In this document: positions 27,403 to 37,581 of the stretch, in pieces | Layout: every line of letters starts with the position of its first letter | Position numbering within the stretch: the first letter of the stretch is position 1 | IMG/VR virus record: IMGVR_UViG_3300037069_001724 | Location: 7,521-71,520 of that record | Length of the DNA stretch: 64,000 nucleotides | Reading direction: 5' to 3' (one strand) | Source: a virus | The notes under the pieces: model-generated | Seen by the model: the letters and a program-made list of their open reading frames with translations, nothing else | Told to the model about the DNA's origin: nothing | Database searches by the model: none | Translations under genes and position numbers: made by a program

Positions 27403-28377
27403 CTACCATCCTGTCGTCGTGTCATAGGCTATGACCGCCGCAATGGTTGCCAACGCCGCCAGTGCGGCTTGCTTCTGATAGCGCACCAGTTGCTTATTGT
27501 TGCGCTGGGTCATCGCAGCCGAGACGATCGCGATTTGGTCGGCGGTCGTGAACGCCGGATACGATGTGCCACCGATCGGGATGAAGTTGGCTGAGCCGGA
27601 CAAGCCACCGGAGAGCGTGGCCGGTGGCGTCGGGCCGGAGTAGGACACCGAGATGGTCGGCGCGGTCGGGTTGACAGTGGACAGCCCCGTGAACGCCATG
27701 TTACTGAAATTCGAAACGCTGATACCTTGAGTGCTTAACTGAATAATAAGCGTGCCAGTACCGCCGCCCCAACCGTTGAGGGTGCTCTCGATGTTCCCGG
27801 TGATCGAGTTGCCGGTCGTCACGATGTCGCCGAGACTAGTGATTACGGAGCTGTTGTGGGACGAAAAGGCGCCGTTCACCGCTGAGTTGAGTGCGGCGAC
27901 AAGCGTGCCGATATCGGTGTTGATCGCCGTGATGTCGGAGATCAGCGAGTTGATCGTCGGCACGATGCTGTTGGCGACCAGCGCGCCTTGCGCCTGCACG
28001 CCGGTAAGGTCGGTGGCATCGAATGAAAACGTGCCGAGCGAGGTGATGACCGAGACCGGCGCCTGTCGTTTGACCGCCCATATCGCATCGATCAACGCTG
28101 CCTTGACGGCGATGGCCTGCGCCAATGACAGTGGTGCCGTAGCCCGCAACGAGACCGACTGCATCCACTCTTCAATATAGCCTTGATAGGGCGACGGGTC
28201 GGTAAAGGTCTCGGGAACTGGTGGCCGGTCGTTAAAGATAGTCCAGCCGCCGCCGTTCTGATAGAACACGGTGTTGATGTTGGAAGCGAGTGCGCCAGTG
28301 ATCGGGGCCGCCACCACGCCGATGAACATTTTCATATTCATCGCGTCGAGTTCGAACTGAAGATTTGTGCTCGTCAT
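27403..28377 (-). CDS. putative tail/baseplate structural protein
   Basis: 324 aa Thr/Ser/Ala-rich ORF inside baseplate cluster. Confidence 0.55.
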   Translation of the reverse strand: MTSTNLQFELDAMNMKMFIGVVAAPITGALASNINTVFYQNGGGWTIFNDRPPVPETFTDPSPYQGYIEEWMQSVSLRATAPLSLAQAIAVKAALIDAIWAVKRQAPVSVITSLGTFSFDATDLTGVQAQGALVANSIVPTINSLISDITAINTDIGTLVAALNSAVNGAFSSHNSSVITSLGDIVTTGNSITGNIESTLNGWGGGTGTLIIQLSTQGISVSNFSNMAFTGLSTVNPTAPTISVSYSGPTPPATLSGGLSGSANFIPIGGTSYPAFTTADQIAIVSAAMTQRNNKQLVRYQKQAALAALATIAAVIAYDTTTGW

Positions 28378-29105
28378 GCCGGTGGCACCGTGTACGGTGG
28401 AATGGCCGCCTGCGGCTGCGGCGGTGTGACTGAACCGTCGGAGACCGAGCCACCGCCTTGCGCGGTGACGCCGACGGTGGCGTCGAAGCCGACTTGATTG
28501 GTGGCCTGCAATTCGATGTTCGTTCCCTTGAGGCCGATGTTGGCGCCGGCGATAGCGGTGATCGTGCCGGACGCGTCGATCTGCAAGTTCTTGCAGGTAA
28601 TCTTGACGTTACCGTTGCCATCGCAAACGATGGTGGCGCCGTTGCCGTCGGTCAGTGTCAGCGAGCCGTCGTTCTTGAAGTAGATCTGCTGTCCAGTACC
28701 GCCCTGCGCTCCCTGCGCCGAGTTGGAACCACCGTCGGACTTCTGAAACCGCGTGTAGATCATAGACTCGCCGGACTGCACCTCCGGCGGCTTGTCGTTG
28801 TCAGAGTGAACTCGCTGCACGATCTTGCCGGCCTCGACGTCACCCTCCTGGAACCGCACGACGACCTGATCACCTGTAGACTTTCCGTCGCCGGGTTGTA
28901 GTCCAGTGGCTATGCCGTAGCCCGCGCCTATGTGTCCGGTCTCGATTGGGATCCAGCCGCTCTCCTGACCCTGCGGCTGAAACATCACCTTGGCGAGATG
29001 CAGTTTTGGATCGTAGCTGGTAACGAGACCATGCTTCTCGCTGTATCTACCGGCCCACCATCTCTCGATGATGTTCAGGACCATGTTCTCGATGCTGCCG
29101 CTCAT
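28374..29105 (-). CDS. baseplate spike (gpV/gp45-like)
   Basis: GLVTSYDP..AKV..QP...SGWIP, GDQVVVRFQEGD, C-terminal beta-repeat region. Confidence 0.85.
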   Translation of the reverse strand: MSGSIENMVLNIIERWWAGRYSEKHGLVTSYDPKLHLAKVMFQPQGQESGWIPIETGHIGAGYGIATGLQPGDGKSTGDQVVVRFQEGDVEAGKIVQRVHSDNDKPPEVQSGESMIYTRFQKSDGGSNSAQGAQGGTGQQIYFKNDGSLTLTDGNGATIVCDGNGNVKITCKNLQIDASGTITAIAGANIGLKGTNIELQATNQVGFDATVGVTAQGGGSVSDGSVTPPQPQAAIPPYTVPPA

Positions 29106-30196
29106 AGTGCTGGTGCCGTTCCATTCGCAACTGCTAGGGCCTCTGTCGAGGACGCCCCGGTGCTCGTGGTGGCGGAGCGCCCGTTGACAGTTGCCAGCGC
29201 CGTGATGTGAGTGCGGTGCCCCGTCATCCCGATCTCATGTTCCACCGTGTCGATGTCGTACGTCTGATCCCAGTAGTTCGTACCGTTGAGCTGGAGGCCC
29301 ATGCCAGCGTATACCGTTGGATCACCCACCACGCTCGCCGTGACCTTGATCTCGTGCCTCGCGCGCTCGTTGGCCATGGCAAGTGAGTGCTGGTTCACGT
29401 GATCTTGCAGAAGTCCAGGCAGATCATAGTTGTACTGAAGCGGCCCCCCGCGCCCTGGAATATTCGTGTATCCCTGGAACATCTGTTTCTTCTTGGGATG
29501 CCACGACTTGACCTGCACGTTGACCGACTTGCCGGCCTGAACGTTCCTGGCGATCCTGAGCTCCATGGCGTCCGACGTTATGTAGCCGGGACCGGGGGGC
29601 TGATAATTGATGGTGTATGTACCGGCGGAGTTGGATCCTACGATGTAGTGAAACGTGCCGCTACCGTCCACGTACCAGCGCGCACCGTCGAACTCGGCTA
29701 ACTTGTGTATGACATATGCGAATGACACGTTGTCCGACAGACGAACATAGTCCTGCTGAAGCTTAAGACCAGCCAGCAGCGTGCCACCTTCCTGAATGCT
29801 GCACGGCATGCCGACACGACCAGTCAGATCTTGTACGATCGACGAGGGGGTTTTGTTCAGAAACTTCTCGGCGGTCTTGTTCTGATGCAGCTTGGCGGAC
29901 TTGTCCCGTCCGGTGAAGTGGATCTCTCGCTTGATGTAGTCGAAGTTGACGAGATCGACCTCGCCGGTGACGAGCGGCGCGGACGTGCCGCGCGTGATCA
30001 CGGTGATGACCGCGATGTTGTCGCCGAGACCAGCAAACGCAGACTCCGCTCCAGGATAGCTGAGCGGCAGGGCACCACTGAACGACGATGAGCGACGAGT
30101 CGCATTCTGTGAGACGCGGCCACGCTCCAGCGGGAACTGCTGGCCATCGACCGATATGAAGGCGAAGTGTGATCCGACACCAGAGTTGACCGCCAT
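29102..30196 (-). CDS. baseplate hub (gpD/Mu gp44-like)
   Basis: TGEVD, TGRDKSA, VKSWHPKK, YDIDTVEH; position before spike. Confidence 0.8.
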   Translation of the reverse strand: MAVNSGVGSHFAFISVDGQQFPLERGRVSQNATRRSSSFSGALPLSYPGAESAFAGLGDNIAVITVITRGTSAPLVTGEVDLVNFDYIKREIHFTGRDKSAKLHQNKTAEKFLNKTPSSIVQDLTGRVGMPCSIQEGGTLLAGLKLQQDYVRLSDNVSFAYVIHKLAEFDGARWYVDGSGTFHYIVGSNSAGTYTINYQPPGPGYITSDAMELRIARNVQAGKSVNVQVKSWHPKKKQMFQGYTNIPGRGGPLQYNYDLPGLLQDHVNQHSLAMANERARHEIKVTASVVGDPTVYAGMGLQLNGTNYWDQTYDIDTVEHEIGMTGHRTHITALATVNGRSATTSTGASSTEALAVANGTAPAL

Positions 30197-30197
30197 C

Positions 30198-30416
30198 TCA
30201 CAGTCCCAATATTCCTGTCTGAGTTCCGGTCGGAAACACTGGAGGAATGAGAACTTCCTGGTTTCCAAAGATCCACGGGTCCGTCAGATTGTTCAATTCA
30301 GCAATGGCGACCCACTGCAACGGATCACCGTTGTTAAGCATCGCCACGTGGAACAACGTAGTGTTTGATACGCGATCGATGGCCGCTGGCACCGTGGCTG
30401 CGATATACTCGGTCAT
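30198..30416 (-). CDS. LysM/tail X-like small baseplate protein
   Basis: TLFHVA....GDPLQWVAIAELNNLTDP. Confidence 0.8.
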   Translation of the reverse strand: MTEYIAATVPAAIDRVSNTTLFHVAMLNNGDPLQWVAIAELNNLTDPWIFGNQEVLIPPVFPTGTQTGILGL

Positions 30417-30721
30417 AGTTGATCCAGGTTGATGGAGACGCGTCCCACCTTGTAGTTTATGACGTTGATATTGTTCATGTCGAGAGATGTCTGATAGATC
30501 TGCAACACCTCTGGTATCATGGCTGCTGGATCAGGACTGACAACATAGTTGTCGAGTATCGACGGTGCTAGAAGTGCGGCGCTGGAGTCGTTTACTAGCT
30601 GCTCGGCGTTGAGCTGCAACGCCGTGATCGTGGCGTAGGACGCGTTGGTCAGCGGCGCCGCAGCCGCGATCTGAGATCGTAGCGCGGTGACCTCCGATGA
30701 GATATTTGCTGGCACGGTCAT
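30413..30721 (-). CDS. tail/baseplate hypothetical protein
   Basis: 102 aa, ATGA-coupled. Confidence 0.55.
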   Translation of the reverse strand: MTVPANISSEVTALRSQIAAAAPLTNASYATITALQLNAEQLVNDSSAALLAPSILDNYVVSPDPAAMIPEVLQIYQTSLDMNNINVINYKVGRVSINLDQL

Positions 30722-31203
30722 ACTGGTGCTGTCCCACTCGCTAGAGCGATGGCCTCAGGTGACGCCGCTGCGCTCGCAGCGTCTGACATGTCACCACTGA
30801 CCAGTGTGTCCATGCTGCTGGTGACGCCGGTGGTGGCACCGTTGGACGGGTTCTGATAGACAGCGCAGGAGATGGTGTATGCGACCCACACCGGATATCG
30901 TCGTATTTCGAACGTGAATGTTTCTATCACGACGCTGCGAAACTGTCCAGCGAACGTGAGTGGAAGTACCTGCCCGCTGGCGCGCATGCCATCGAGCAGT
31001 AGGGCATTCGTCAGAGAGGAGTTCCCAAAGAACTCACCGCTCCAGCTTATGTTGTCCTCGTCCGGCCCGAGAGTGTCGATGGTGCGGGCGCCGCCCGGCA
31101 GCTTGTGAATTACCATCTGCTGCTTTCCACCTGCCCTCATTCGGTCGGGGGTGGAGTAGCCGTCGAATTGGAAACCTGCGAGAGTGAGAATGTCGCTGGG
31201 CAT
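30718..31203 (-). CDS. tail tube initiator (gpU-like)
   Basis: GGKQQMVIHKLPGGARTIDTLGPD..ISWSG. Confidence 0.75.
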   Translation of the reverse strand: MPSDILTLAGFQFDGYSTPDRMRAGGKQQMVIHKLPGGARTIDTLGPDEDNISWSGEFFGNSSLTNALLLDGMRASGQVLPLTFAGQFRSVVIETFTFEIRRYPVWVAYTISCAVYQNPSNGATTGVTSSMDTLVSGDMSDAASAAASPEAIALASGTAPV

Positions 31204-32966
31204 CAGGTCCTCACTCGATTATCGTGCGGCTCTACGTACATCTGGGACGCGTCGCCGGCTGGTGCGCCGTTGGCGAACGTGTACATGTCCTGGAGCAGAG
31301 TGCTCATGGTCTGCGCCAGCGTCTGGCCGTCCACGTTGAGCGACAGTGATATGGGCGTGGGCTTGATCACCTTCTCGGGACCGGACAGGAAGCTCTGGTT
31401 CTGCAGTTTTGGAAGAGCAGACGCACCGCTCCACGGCATCCAATCGTGAAGATGTTCCATCCAGTTCGGCTTGAATGTCTTGTCTTCCTGAGTGCGATGC
31501 TTTCCTTCAAACCAGCCCAGCGCCGCAGAGAGAGCCTTGACGCCCGCAATAGCGGGAGGCAGTATTCTGCCGCCCAACTCTATCAGTGCGACATTGAATT
31601 CTTGCATAGTGGTGCGCGCCACCATCTTGGAGGTACCCATCGTGTCATCCAAGATGGTGTTGTATCGGTTTATATTTCCTGGATCGTTCATACCAGTGCG
31701 CAGTTGATGGTATCGCTCGATAGCCATTGGACTACCCAGCACCGCGAATGCTCCACCGCCGCGCTCTCCGAACAAATCTTTTTCATAGGACAGCCGCCGT
31801 TCTGGGGGCAGCGCCGCCGCTATCGGTCCAGCTATCTCCAGCGCCTTCGCCATGTCTGGCTTGCCATCAGTAAACCAAGTCGGCTTGCCGTTTTCATCCA
31901 GCAAGCCAAGCCCCGTGAGCATCGCATTGTGCGCTTTGTTGCCCTTCATTAACCGCTCACCCAAGCTGCGCGTCCAGGTGCCGGCCTTGCTTTGAGTGAC
32001 GCCAGAAGTTGACAGCACGGTGCTGAGAAGCATTATGTCTTGGGGACTAAAGCCGCCAGCCTTCAGCATCGGAATGGCGTAACTGTAGGTCTTCTCCATA
32101 GAGCCCAGCGTTGCCGGGTTGGCGGTGGAGAGATAGGCAAACACTCGATACAGCTTCTCCATCTCAGCGGGATCGTAGGTCTGCAGCATGTGTGTCATGC
32201 CGAGAATAGATTTTACCGACTCGTCCAGCGTAGTGCCCTTCGACAGCGACTCGGTTAGGGCCGCTCGCAGCAGTCTCGGCGCCTCCTTGACGACATCAAA
32301 GTTGGGGGTGTCCCTCATGATCCGCGCAATGTCCGTGACTGCCTTGCCAACTTCAGGCAGTCCCAGACCAGTGCTCTTCATCGTATCTTCGATGAGTTTC
32401 TGAGATTGATTGTTGTTCGACGTGTTGTCTGCTCGTCCGAGATGATAGTTCAACCAATGTACGTCGGTCTCCATGTTGGCGGCTTCAAAGAGACTAAGTC
32501 CGGCCAGAGCGGCAATCCCCAGTGTCGTGTTGCTTCCGTGTAGATGAGCGCCGCCGCCAAGTGGCACAGGAGACAGATTGACTCCGGTCGAACGCCGACC
32601 CGGCCAGTGTCCGGCAGCGCCGCCGCCTGCTGCCGCTGCAACGCCGGACGTTGCTGCGGTCGCCGCGCCGGACGCTGCTGCGGCAGTGCGCGCGGCAGCA
32701 GCCGCTGAGGCCGCCGACTCGTTCATCACGCGAGCTGCTGCCACGCTGCTCTCGGCCGCTCTGGTCCAAGCGCCAGCCAGACCACTAGTCTCGGTGATGG
32801 CTGCGCTTATGCCTGGAGCGACTGCGGCACCGAACCCAGCCATCTCATCGCGAGCGACCTTGACCGCATCGGTCACTTCGCGAATGGTTGCCAGAATTTT
32901 CCGAAGCGGAGCTGTCGCCTCATCGACGATACGAAAGACCGCGCCGACCTCGAAACCTGCGATCAC
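31203..32966 (-). CDS. tape measure protein
   Basis: Ala-rich helical 587 aa, SKAGT, LFGERGG; position after chaperones. Confidence 0.85.
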   Translation of the reverse strand: MIAGFEVGAVFRIVDEATAPLRKILATIREVTDAVKVARDEMAGFGAAVAPGISAAITETSGLAGAWTRAAESSVAAARVMNESAASAAAAARTAAAASGAATAATSGVAAAAGGGAAGHWPGRRSTGVNLSPVPLGGGAHLHGSNTTLGIAALAGLSLFEAANMETDVHWLNYHLGRADNTSNNNQSQKLIEDTMKSTGLGLPEVGKAVTDIARIMRDTPNFDVVKEAPRLLRAALTESLSKGTTLDESVKSILGMTHMLQTYDPAEMEKLYRVFAYLSTANPATLGSMEKTYSYAIPMLKAGGFSPQDIMLLSTVLSTSGVTQSKAGTWTRSLGERLMKGNKAHNAMLTGLGLLDENGKPTWFTDGKPDMAKALEIAGPIAAALPPERRLSYEKDLFGERGGGAFAVLGSPMAIERYHQLRTGMNDPGNINRYNTILDDTMGTSKMVARTTMQEFNVALIELGGRILPPAIAGVKALSAALGWFEGKHRTQEDKTFKPNWMEHLHDWMPWSGASALPKLQNQSFLSGPEKVIKPTPISLSLNVDGQTLAQTMSTLLQDMYTFANGAPAGDASQMYVEPHDNRVRT

Positions 32967-33394
32967 AACTTACCTCCCAGCAGTGAGACTGCTATCTCGC
33001 CGAGAACGTCGGCGGCGTAGGGCAGCGAGTTTTTAAGGGCCGGCTCGCACACCGGCCGAGGCGGAATGCGCGAGGTACCTATCTCCTGATAGAGCGCGAT
33101 CTTGCTTGGCGAGCCGACGGTGACGGCCAACTCCGCCGGCTCGAGCTCGTGGCGGTAGCTCCCGGCCATCTCGCCGGTCCGCAGCAGCGGCGACGGCACC
33201 GGCCAACCATCGCGCTCCTTGCCTAGGATCGTGGACTCGGCGAGCGGCGCCCAGCCGGGCTGATAGGTGCCGGGATACGAGGCCGCCAGCGTCGCCGCCA
33301 GCGTGCCGATCTTGTCGAGCCCGACTTCCAGCCGGGGGCGAACCATGTCCAGAGAGGCGGTGAGCACTCGCTCGAACTCCTGAAGTGTCATCAT
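32963..33394 (-). CDS. virion morphogenesis protein (HK97 gp10-like)
   Basis: WAPLAESTI, PLLRTGEM, YQEIGTSRIPPRP. Confidence 0.8.
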   Translation of the reverse strand: MMTLQEFERVLTASLDMVRPRLEVGLDKIGTLAATLAASYPGTYQPGWAPLAESTILGKERDGWPVPSPLLRTGEMAGSYRHELEPAELAVTVGSPSKIALYQEIGTSRIPPRPVCEPALKNSLPYAADVLGEIAVSLLGGKL

Positions 33395-33564
33395 CGACGT
33401 TCAATCCACTTCATCGTTTTCCAGTCGAACTCGCCGCCCTCGTTCTCACCACGCGCTATGAACCACGCAAGAACAAAGTCGTCGTCCGCGTCGAAGGCCA
33501 CGTCGAAGGGTAGCGATCCACCGCATGCTGCGACCCGAATTTTGAAATCGGGCCGCTGACTTAG
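33391..33564 (-). CDS. tail assembly chaperone -1 frameshift extension
   Basis: Open -1 frame after slippery A AAA AAC: LSQRPDF...PFDVAF...GENEGGEFDWKTMKW; no own RBS/start. Confidence 0.75.
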   Translation of the reverse strand, partial: LSQRPDFKIRVAACGGSLPFDVAFDADDDFVLAWFIARGENEGGEFDWKTMKWIERR

Positions 33565-33911
33565 TTTTTTGCGATGTCGGTCCCACCATCAGCCGCCTTC
33601 ACGTGCAGTTGTCTCAAACCTTCGCCCGCCGCCCTGATGCCCTCGAAATCCAATAATTGCATGGCAAACTCGACATCACGCTCGCTGCTCGGCATCGCAA
33701 GATCAGTCGTGTCGATCCTGCGAACGGAGGCAGCAGTGACTGCAAGATCCATCAGTGTCTGGTTACTGGCAGACTCTCCCATCGCTCGTGTGAGTTGGTA
33801 GTAATTGAGGGCGGTGAGTTTTTGCACCTTGATGACCCGGCCGCGCGCGTCCGTGATCAGTACGGTGGTCAGAGCGGCGGTGACGGTGGCGGCAACTGTG
33901 GTATCAGTCAT
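33561..33911 (-). CDS. tail assembly chaperone
   Basis: TDARGRVIKV..., LDFEGI, ends IAKN on slippery site. Confidence 0.8.
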   Translation of the reverse strand: MTDTTVAATVTAALTTVLITDARGRVIKVQKLTALNYYQLTRAMGESASNQTLMDLAVTAASVRRIDTTDLAMPSSERDVEFAMQLLDFEGIRAAGEGLRQLHVKAADGGTDIAKN

Positions 33912-33945
33912 GTGTCTTGTCCTACTGTTGATGGCGCGCGGAAGT

Positions 33946-34770
33946 TCATACTCCCGGCTCTTCTTCGGTCTTGGTGGCCTCCGGCTGCGGAGTCGGTGTG
34001 GCGGCCTTCTGCTGCGACTCGAAGGTCTGCGCTCTGTTGTAGAGCTGCTGCCAGTGTTGCTCCTGCGCCGGCTCGGCGCTGCCCGGCGAGAAGAACGACT
34101 CTCCGTTGATCTTGGCGTGTCGATGAAATCGTCCGCTGGAGGCCTCCCCCTCCGCCATGCCACCGGACGAGTTGTCCGTGGCATAGTTGGAGATGTTCGA
34201 CTGCCCCTTGCCGCCGGTGCCGAGTGCGGAGCCGAGGTTCTGCTCGAACATGTGACGCTTGCTGTCCGGGAAGCTGCTCGCCCAGCCGGCATAGTAGCCT
34301 CCCTCGTCCACGCCGGAGCTGCGGTGGCGTCGCACCTGCGCCTCCAGCGTCGTGCCGCGCACCGTGGCGCGGTTCATCATGGTCTCGATGACTGCCAGAT
34401 TGGCGCGCGGATCCTGGTTCTCTCCGAGCGAGATGTGAGCCATCTTCTCCTTGAGCCAAGGTTTCTGCGCCAGCTCGCTGCGGAACCGCTCGCGATCGAA
34501 CGGATTGCCCTTGGAGCTGGTCGGAATGTCGCCGGTGATGTGATCCGACGTGTAGCGGTCGCCGCCGTGGTCGTCGTGACTGTGATGCGAGTGACTGTGA
34601 GGTCCCTCGCCGTGTCCGCCGCGACCCATCTCGGAATAATTTTCGCGGTCGTTGGCCATAGCGTAGATATTGGCGTACAGGTCGGGCGAAAACTTGTCTG
34701 GCTGAGTCCCCTCCGCGAAGGTTACAACACCAACTTGTCTTCCATCAATCGTTACGACCCCGACCTGCAC
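33946..34770 (-). CDS. putative SleB-like (cell wall hydrolase 2) peptidoglycan hydrolase with His-rich linker
   Basis: SLGEN...ANLAVIETMMNRA, SNISNYATDN, INGESF; HGEGPHSHSHHSHDDH linker. Confidence 0.55.
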   Translation of the reverse strand: MQVGVVTIDGRQVGVVTFAEGTQPDKFSPDLYANIYAMANDRENYSEMGRGGHGEGPHSHSHHSHDDHGGDRYTSDHITGDIPTSSKGNPFDRERFRSELAQKPWLKEKMAHISLGENQDPRANLAVIETMMNRATVRGTTLEAQVRRHRSSGVDEGGYYAGWASSFPDSKRHMFEQNLGSALGTGGKGQSNISNYATDNSSGGMAEGEASSGRFHRHAKINGESFFSPGSAEPAQEQHWQQLYNRAQTFESQQKAATPTPQPEATKTEEEPGV

Positions 34771-34797
34771 GCTATCCTCTCTATGTCTTCCAACTGT

Positions 34798-35235
34798 TTA
34801 GGAGATCTGCACCTTGTCCGAGGCCATTCCATCGAGTTTCAGGGTCACCACTTTCTCGCGACTGATGTCGCCGTGGTCTGTCAGAAAGACCACGAAGTTG
34901 GTGTACTGATACCGACGGACACTGCCGTCCGGGTTGATGATGGACTCGTTCAGGAAGCCTGGCGATAGCACGTTGCCCGCGTTGAACTGCTGACTGAGTG
35001 TCACCATGAGGTCCTCCAGCGTCGACCCGATGCGAGTGACGGTGAAGTCGATCTTGAAGCCGTCCGGCACGTAGCCGAAGCGAGGCACCTGATTGTACGG
35101 CCTAGAGGAAATGTCGTGTTTCTGGGCCGTGATGCGAACATTCTGAACGTCGCCGATGTTGATCAGCTGCCCCGAGGAACCCTCGAAGTAGCTGATCGAA
35201 TAATCGACACCGACGTTCATACCATTGATGGGCAT
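34798..35235 (-). CDS. tail tube protein
   Basis: 145 aa after sheath; ESIINPDGSVRRYQY. Confidence 0.85.
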   Translation of the reverse strand: MPINGMNVGVDYSISYFEGSSGQLINIGDVQNVRITAQKHDISSRPYNQVPRFGYVPDGFKIDFTVTRIGSTLEDLMVTLSQQFNAGNVLSPGFLNESIINPDGSVRRYQYTNFVVFLTDHGDISREKVVTLKLDGMASDKVQIS

Positions 35236-35264
35236 TTCTGTATCTCCTTATGAGTCGATGCGAA

Positions 35265-37553
35265 CTAGATGACCGAGGTGTTCGCCAAACCGGCGAACTG
35301 CGTCGGGCTGGGCGGCGTGTTCTGCACGCTGACTGTCACGTTGCCTCCGCCCTGGAACTTGATCACGAAGTAGCGGATCACGTTCAGGTAGCGAACCTGC
35401 CAATACAGGAACAGATAACCGCGAGCCTGCAAGTCTGACGGATTGTTGGTGAGGTCACAGACCACCGACCAAGGCTTGTCGATCATGCCCTGTCCGTTGA
35501 TACCGAGACCGACCTGCGGCGACGCGAGCTGACCCGATAAACCGTCGAACAGGGACTTCGCATTGGCGCGAGTCTGGTCGTTCGGCTGGATCGACTGAAG
35601 CTGACCGATAAAGCTTCCCGCCGCCTTGCTCTGCGCAGCGCGGATGAGGAAGTTGGTCAAGCGCGTGTACTCGAGCCCCTGCGCCGCCGTGTTGCTGGAC
35701 GCGTTGCGACCAGTGGCGAAGCTGAAGTAGTATCCCCCCGGCGAGCTCGGGGGTGACAGGATGGTGTCGATGCCGCCCGTGTTGATGAGCGATAGCTCCG
35801 TGTCCGAGTAGGTCTGGCCCTGCTGCGATCGCTGCGTGGCCGACACACCCTGAAGCGGCTTGTTCAGCGGAGACTGCTGCGGCGAGAGGTTGCCGCAGAT
35901 GCCGATGCCGAACGCCGACGGGTTGATCAGGCGCGACACTCCGTTGAAGGAGTCGTAGAACGTCGGCCAGTCGCCGAGGATGAACCAGAACCAAGGCGTG
36001 TCGATGCCCGCATTGATGCGGGTCTGGAGCGCGTTGGCGATAGTGTCGCCGGACGGCGACGCGAACACTGGCGTCATGTTCTCGCCGATGGCGAACGAGG
36101 AGATAGCGGCGTAGTCCGCGATGGTGGAGAGGTCGCAGAGGGTGAAGCAGTCCACGTTGCTGTTGCGCAGTGCGTACATGCCCTTGCGCGGCACGACGTC
36201 CTGGCCCATCAGCACCGCGTCGGTCACGCCGCTGGCGCCGTCCGTGCCACCCGACAGAGTGACTGGAGTGGACAGCAGCGGAATGGCGACACCGGCGCCC
36301 GCCGTGGCGATGACGACCTGCGAGGGACCACGCGATTGGTTGCCGGCGTTGATAACGGTGGCGAGATTGACCCAGAACGTGTTTCCGGTGCCGACACCTC
36401 CGGTGAAAGTGCCGCCGGAGATGGCGATGACAGTGGACGACTTGGCCAGAGTGAGCGCGTTGCCAGCAGCGCCGACAACCTGATTGAAGTTGGCGGTGAG
36501 CGTGACCACCTGACCGGACACCGACTGATTGACCTTGATCAGGTTGGGGTCGGTGGAGTTGGTCAGCAACGTGATCAGATTGGCCAACGTCGCGGCCAGC
36601 GAACCACCGATATTGACTTGGTTGCCAGTGGCGCCGCTCGTGACGAACGTGATGGCAGTGCCAGCGATAGTTAGCGTATCGCTGTTGGCCGGGTTGGCCG
36701 AGAACGTGGCGGTGGCAGTCGCGGGAGTGGCCGCCGGAACGTTGTTGTACTGCTCTGGCGTCAGTCCAGGGAACGCCACGACCGCCATGTAGGAATTCGC
36801 GGCGGTGCCGTTCTGAATGCTGAACGTGATCTTGTTGCCCAGAACGCCGGAGTACTTGCCAGTGATCTGTACGCCGAAGGCCCCTGACGCGGCGCCGCCA
36901 GTCAGAGTCGCACCGGACAGAGTGATAGCGGTGGAGGTCTTCGCGATGGTCAGCGAGTTGCCGCCGACGCCGGGCGTGACAGCGGTGAGGTTCAGGACGA
37001 ACCCGACCAGACTATACGCGAACTTGACGAGCTGTGTATCGGCACTGTTCTGCAACATGTTGATCAAGTTGACCAGCGTTGCCGGCAGATTGTTGCCGAT
37101 ATTGACCTGCGTGCCGGTGGCGCCGCTGGCCACGAAGCTGACTACGGTGCCGTTCAGCGTCAGGGAGTCGGCCACCGCCGGATTGGCCGAGAACGTGGCC
37201 GTGCCTGTCGCGCTCGCCGCGCCGCCCTGGATCTGGGCGGAGGCAGCGGTGTCGGTGCCGTCCGAGACGCGAACGCACAGAAACCCGATGCTGCCACCGA
37301 CCTGCGTGGCCGCCGCGACATACGATGCGATGTCACCGGATCGGATCTGCGGCGTGCCGATGGAGATGGCGCAGTCGGATGACTTACTAACCGGGATCAG
37401 GGCGTTCAGCGGACCCCACGACCCGACGCCGACGAGTCCCTCGATATTGGTGGGAGTGCCAGCGAGAAAAGGAGTGGGGAGAATGATGTCGCCGTAGACT
37501 CCCGGAACTGTCAGTGACGCCAGATTTTGCTGGCCGTCGAGGAAAGTTGGCAT
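35265..37553 (-). CDS. contractile tail sheath protein with two inserted domains
   Basis: VPGVY, GVGSWGP, VRVSDGTD, LSGGTDG, YTRLTNF, CDLTNNP, VRYLNVI. Confidence 0.92.
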   Translation of the reverse strand: MPTFLDGQQNLASLTVPGVYGDIILPTPFLAGTPTNIEGLVGVGSWGPLNALIPVSKSSDCAISIGTPQIRSGDIASYVAAATQVGGSIGFLCVRVSDGTDTAASAQIQGGAASATGTATFSANPAVADSLTLNGTVVSFVASGATGTQVNIGNNLPATLVNLINMLQNSADTQLVKFAYSLVGFVLNLTAVTPGVGGNSLTIAKTSTAITLSGATLTGGAASGAFGVQITGKYSGVLGNKITFSIQNGTAANSYMAVVAFPGLTPEQYNNVPAATPATATATFSANPANSDTLTIAGTAITFVTSGATGNQVNIGGSLAATLANLITLLTNSTDPNLIKVNQSVSGQVVTLTANFNQVVGAAGNALTLAKSSTVIAISGGTFTGGVGTGNTFWVNLATVINAGNQSRGPSQVVIATAGAGVAIPLLSTPVTLSGGTDGASGVTDAVLMGQDVVPRKGMYALRNSNVDCFTLCDLSTIADYAAISSFAIGENMTPVFASPSGDTIANALQTRINAGIDTPWFWFILGDWPTFYDSFNGVSRLINPSAFGIGICGNLSPQQSPLNKPLQGVSATQRSQQGQTYSDTELSLINTGGIDTILSPPSSPGGYYFSFATGRNASSNTAAQGLEYTRLTNFLIRAAQSKAAGSFIGQLQSIQPNDQTRANAKSLFDGLSGQLASPQVGLGINGQGMIDKPWSVVCDLTNNPSDLQARGYLFLYWQVRYLNVIRYFVIKFQGGGNVTVSVQNTPPSPTQFAGLANTSVI

Positions 37554-37581
37554 TGTTCAGGTTCCTTGTGTAAGTGGAGAC

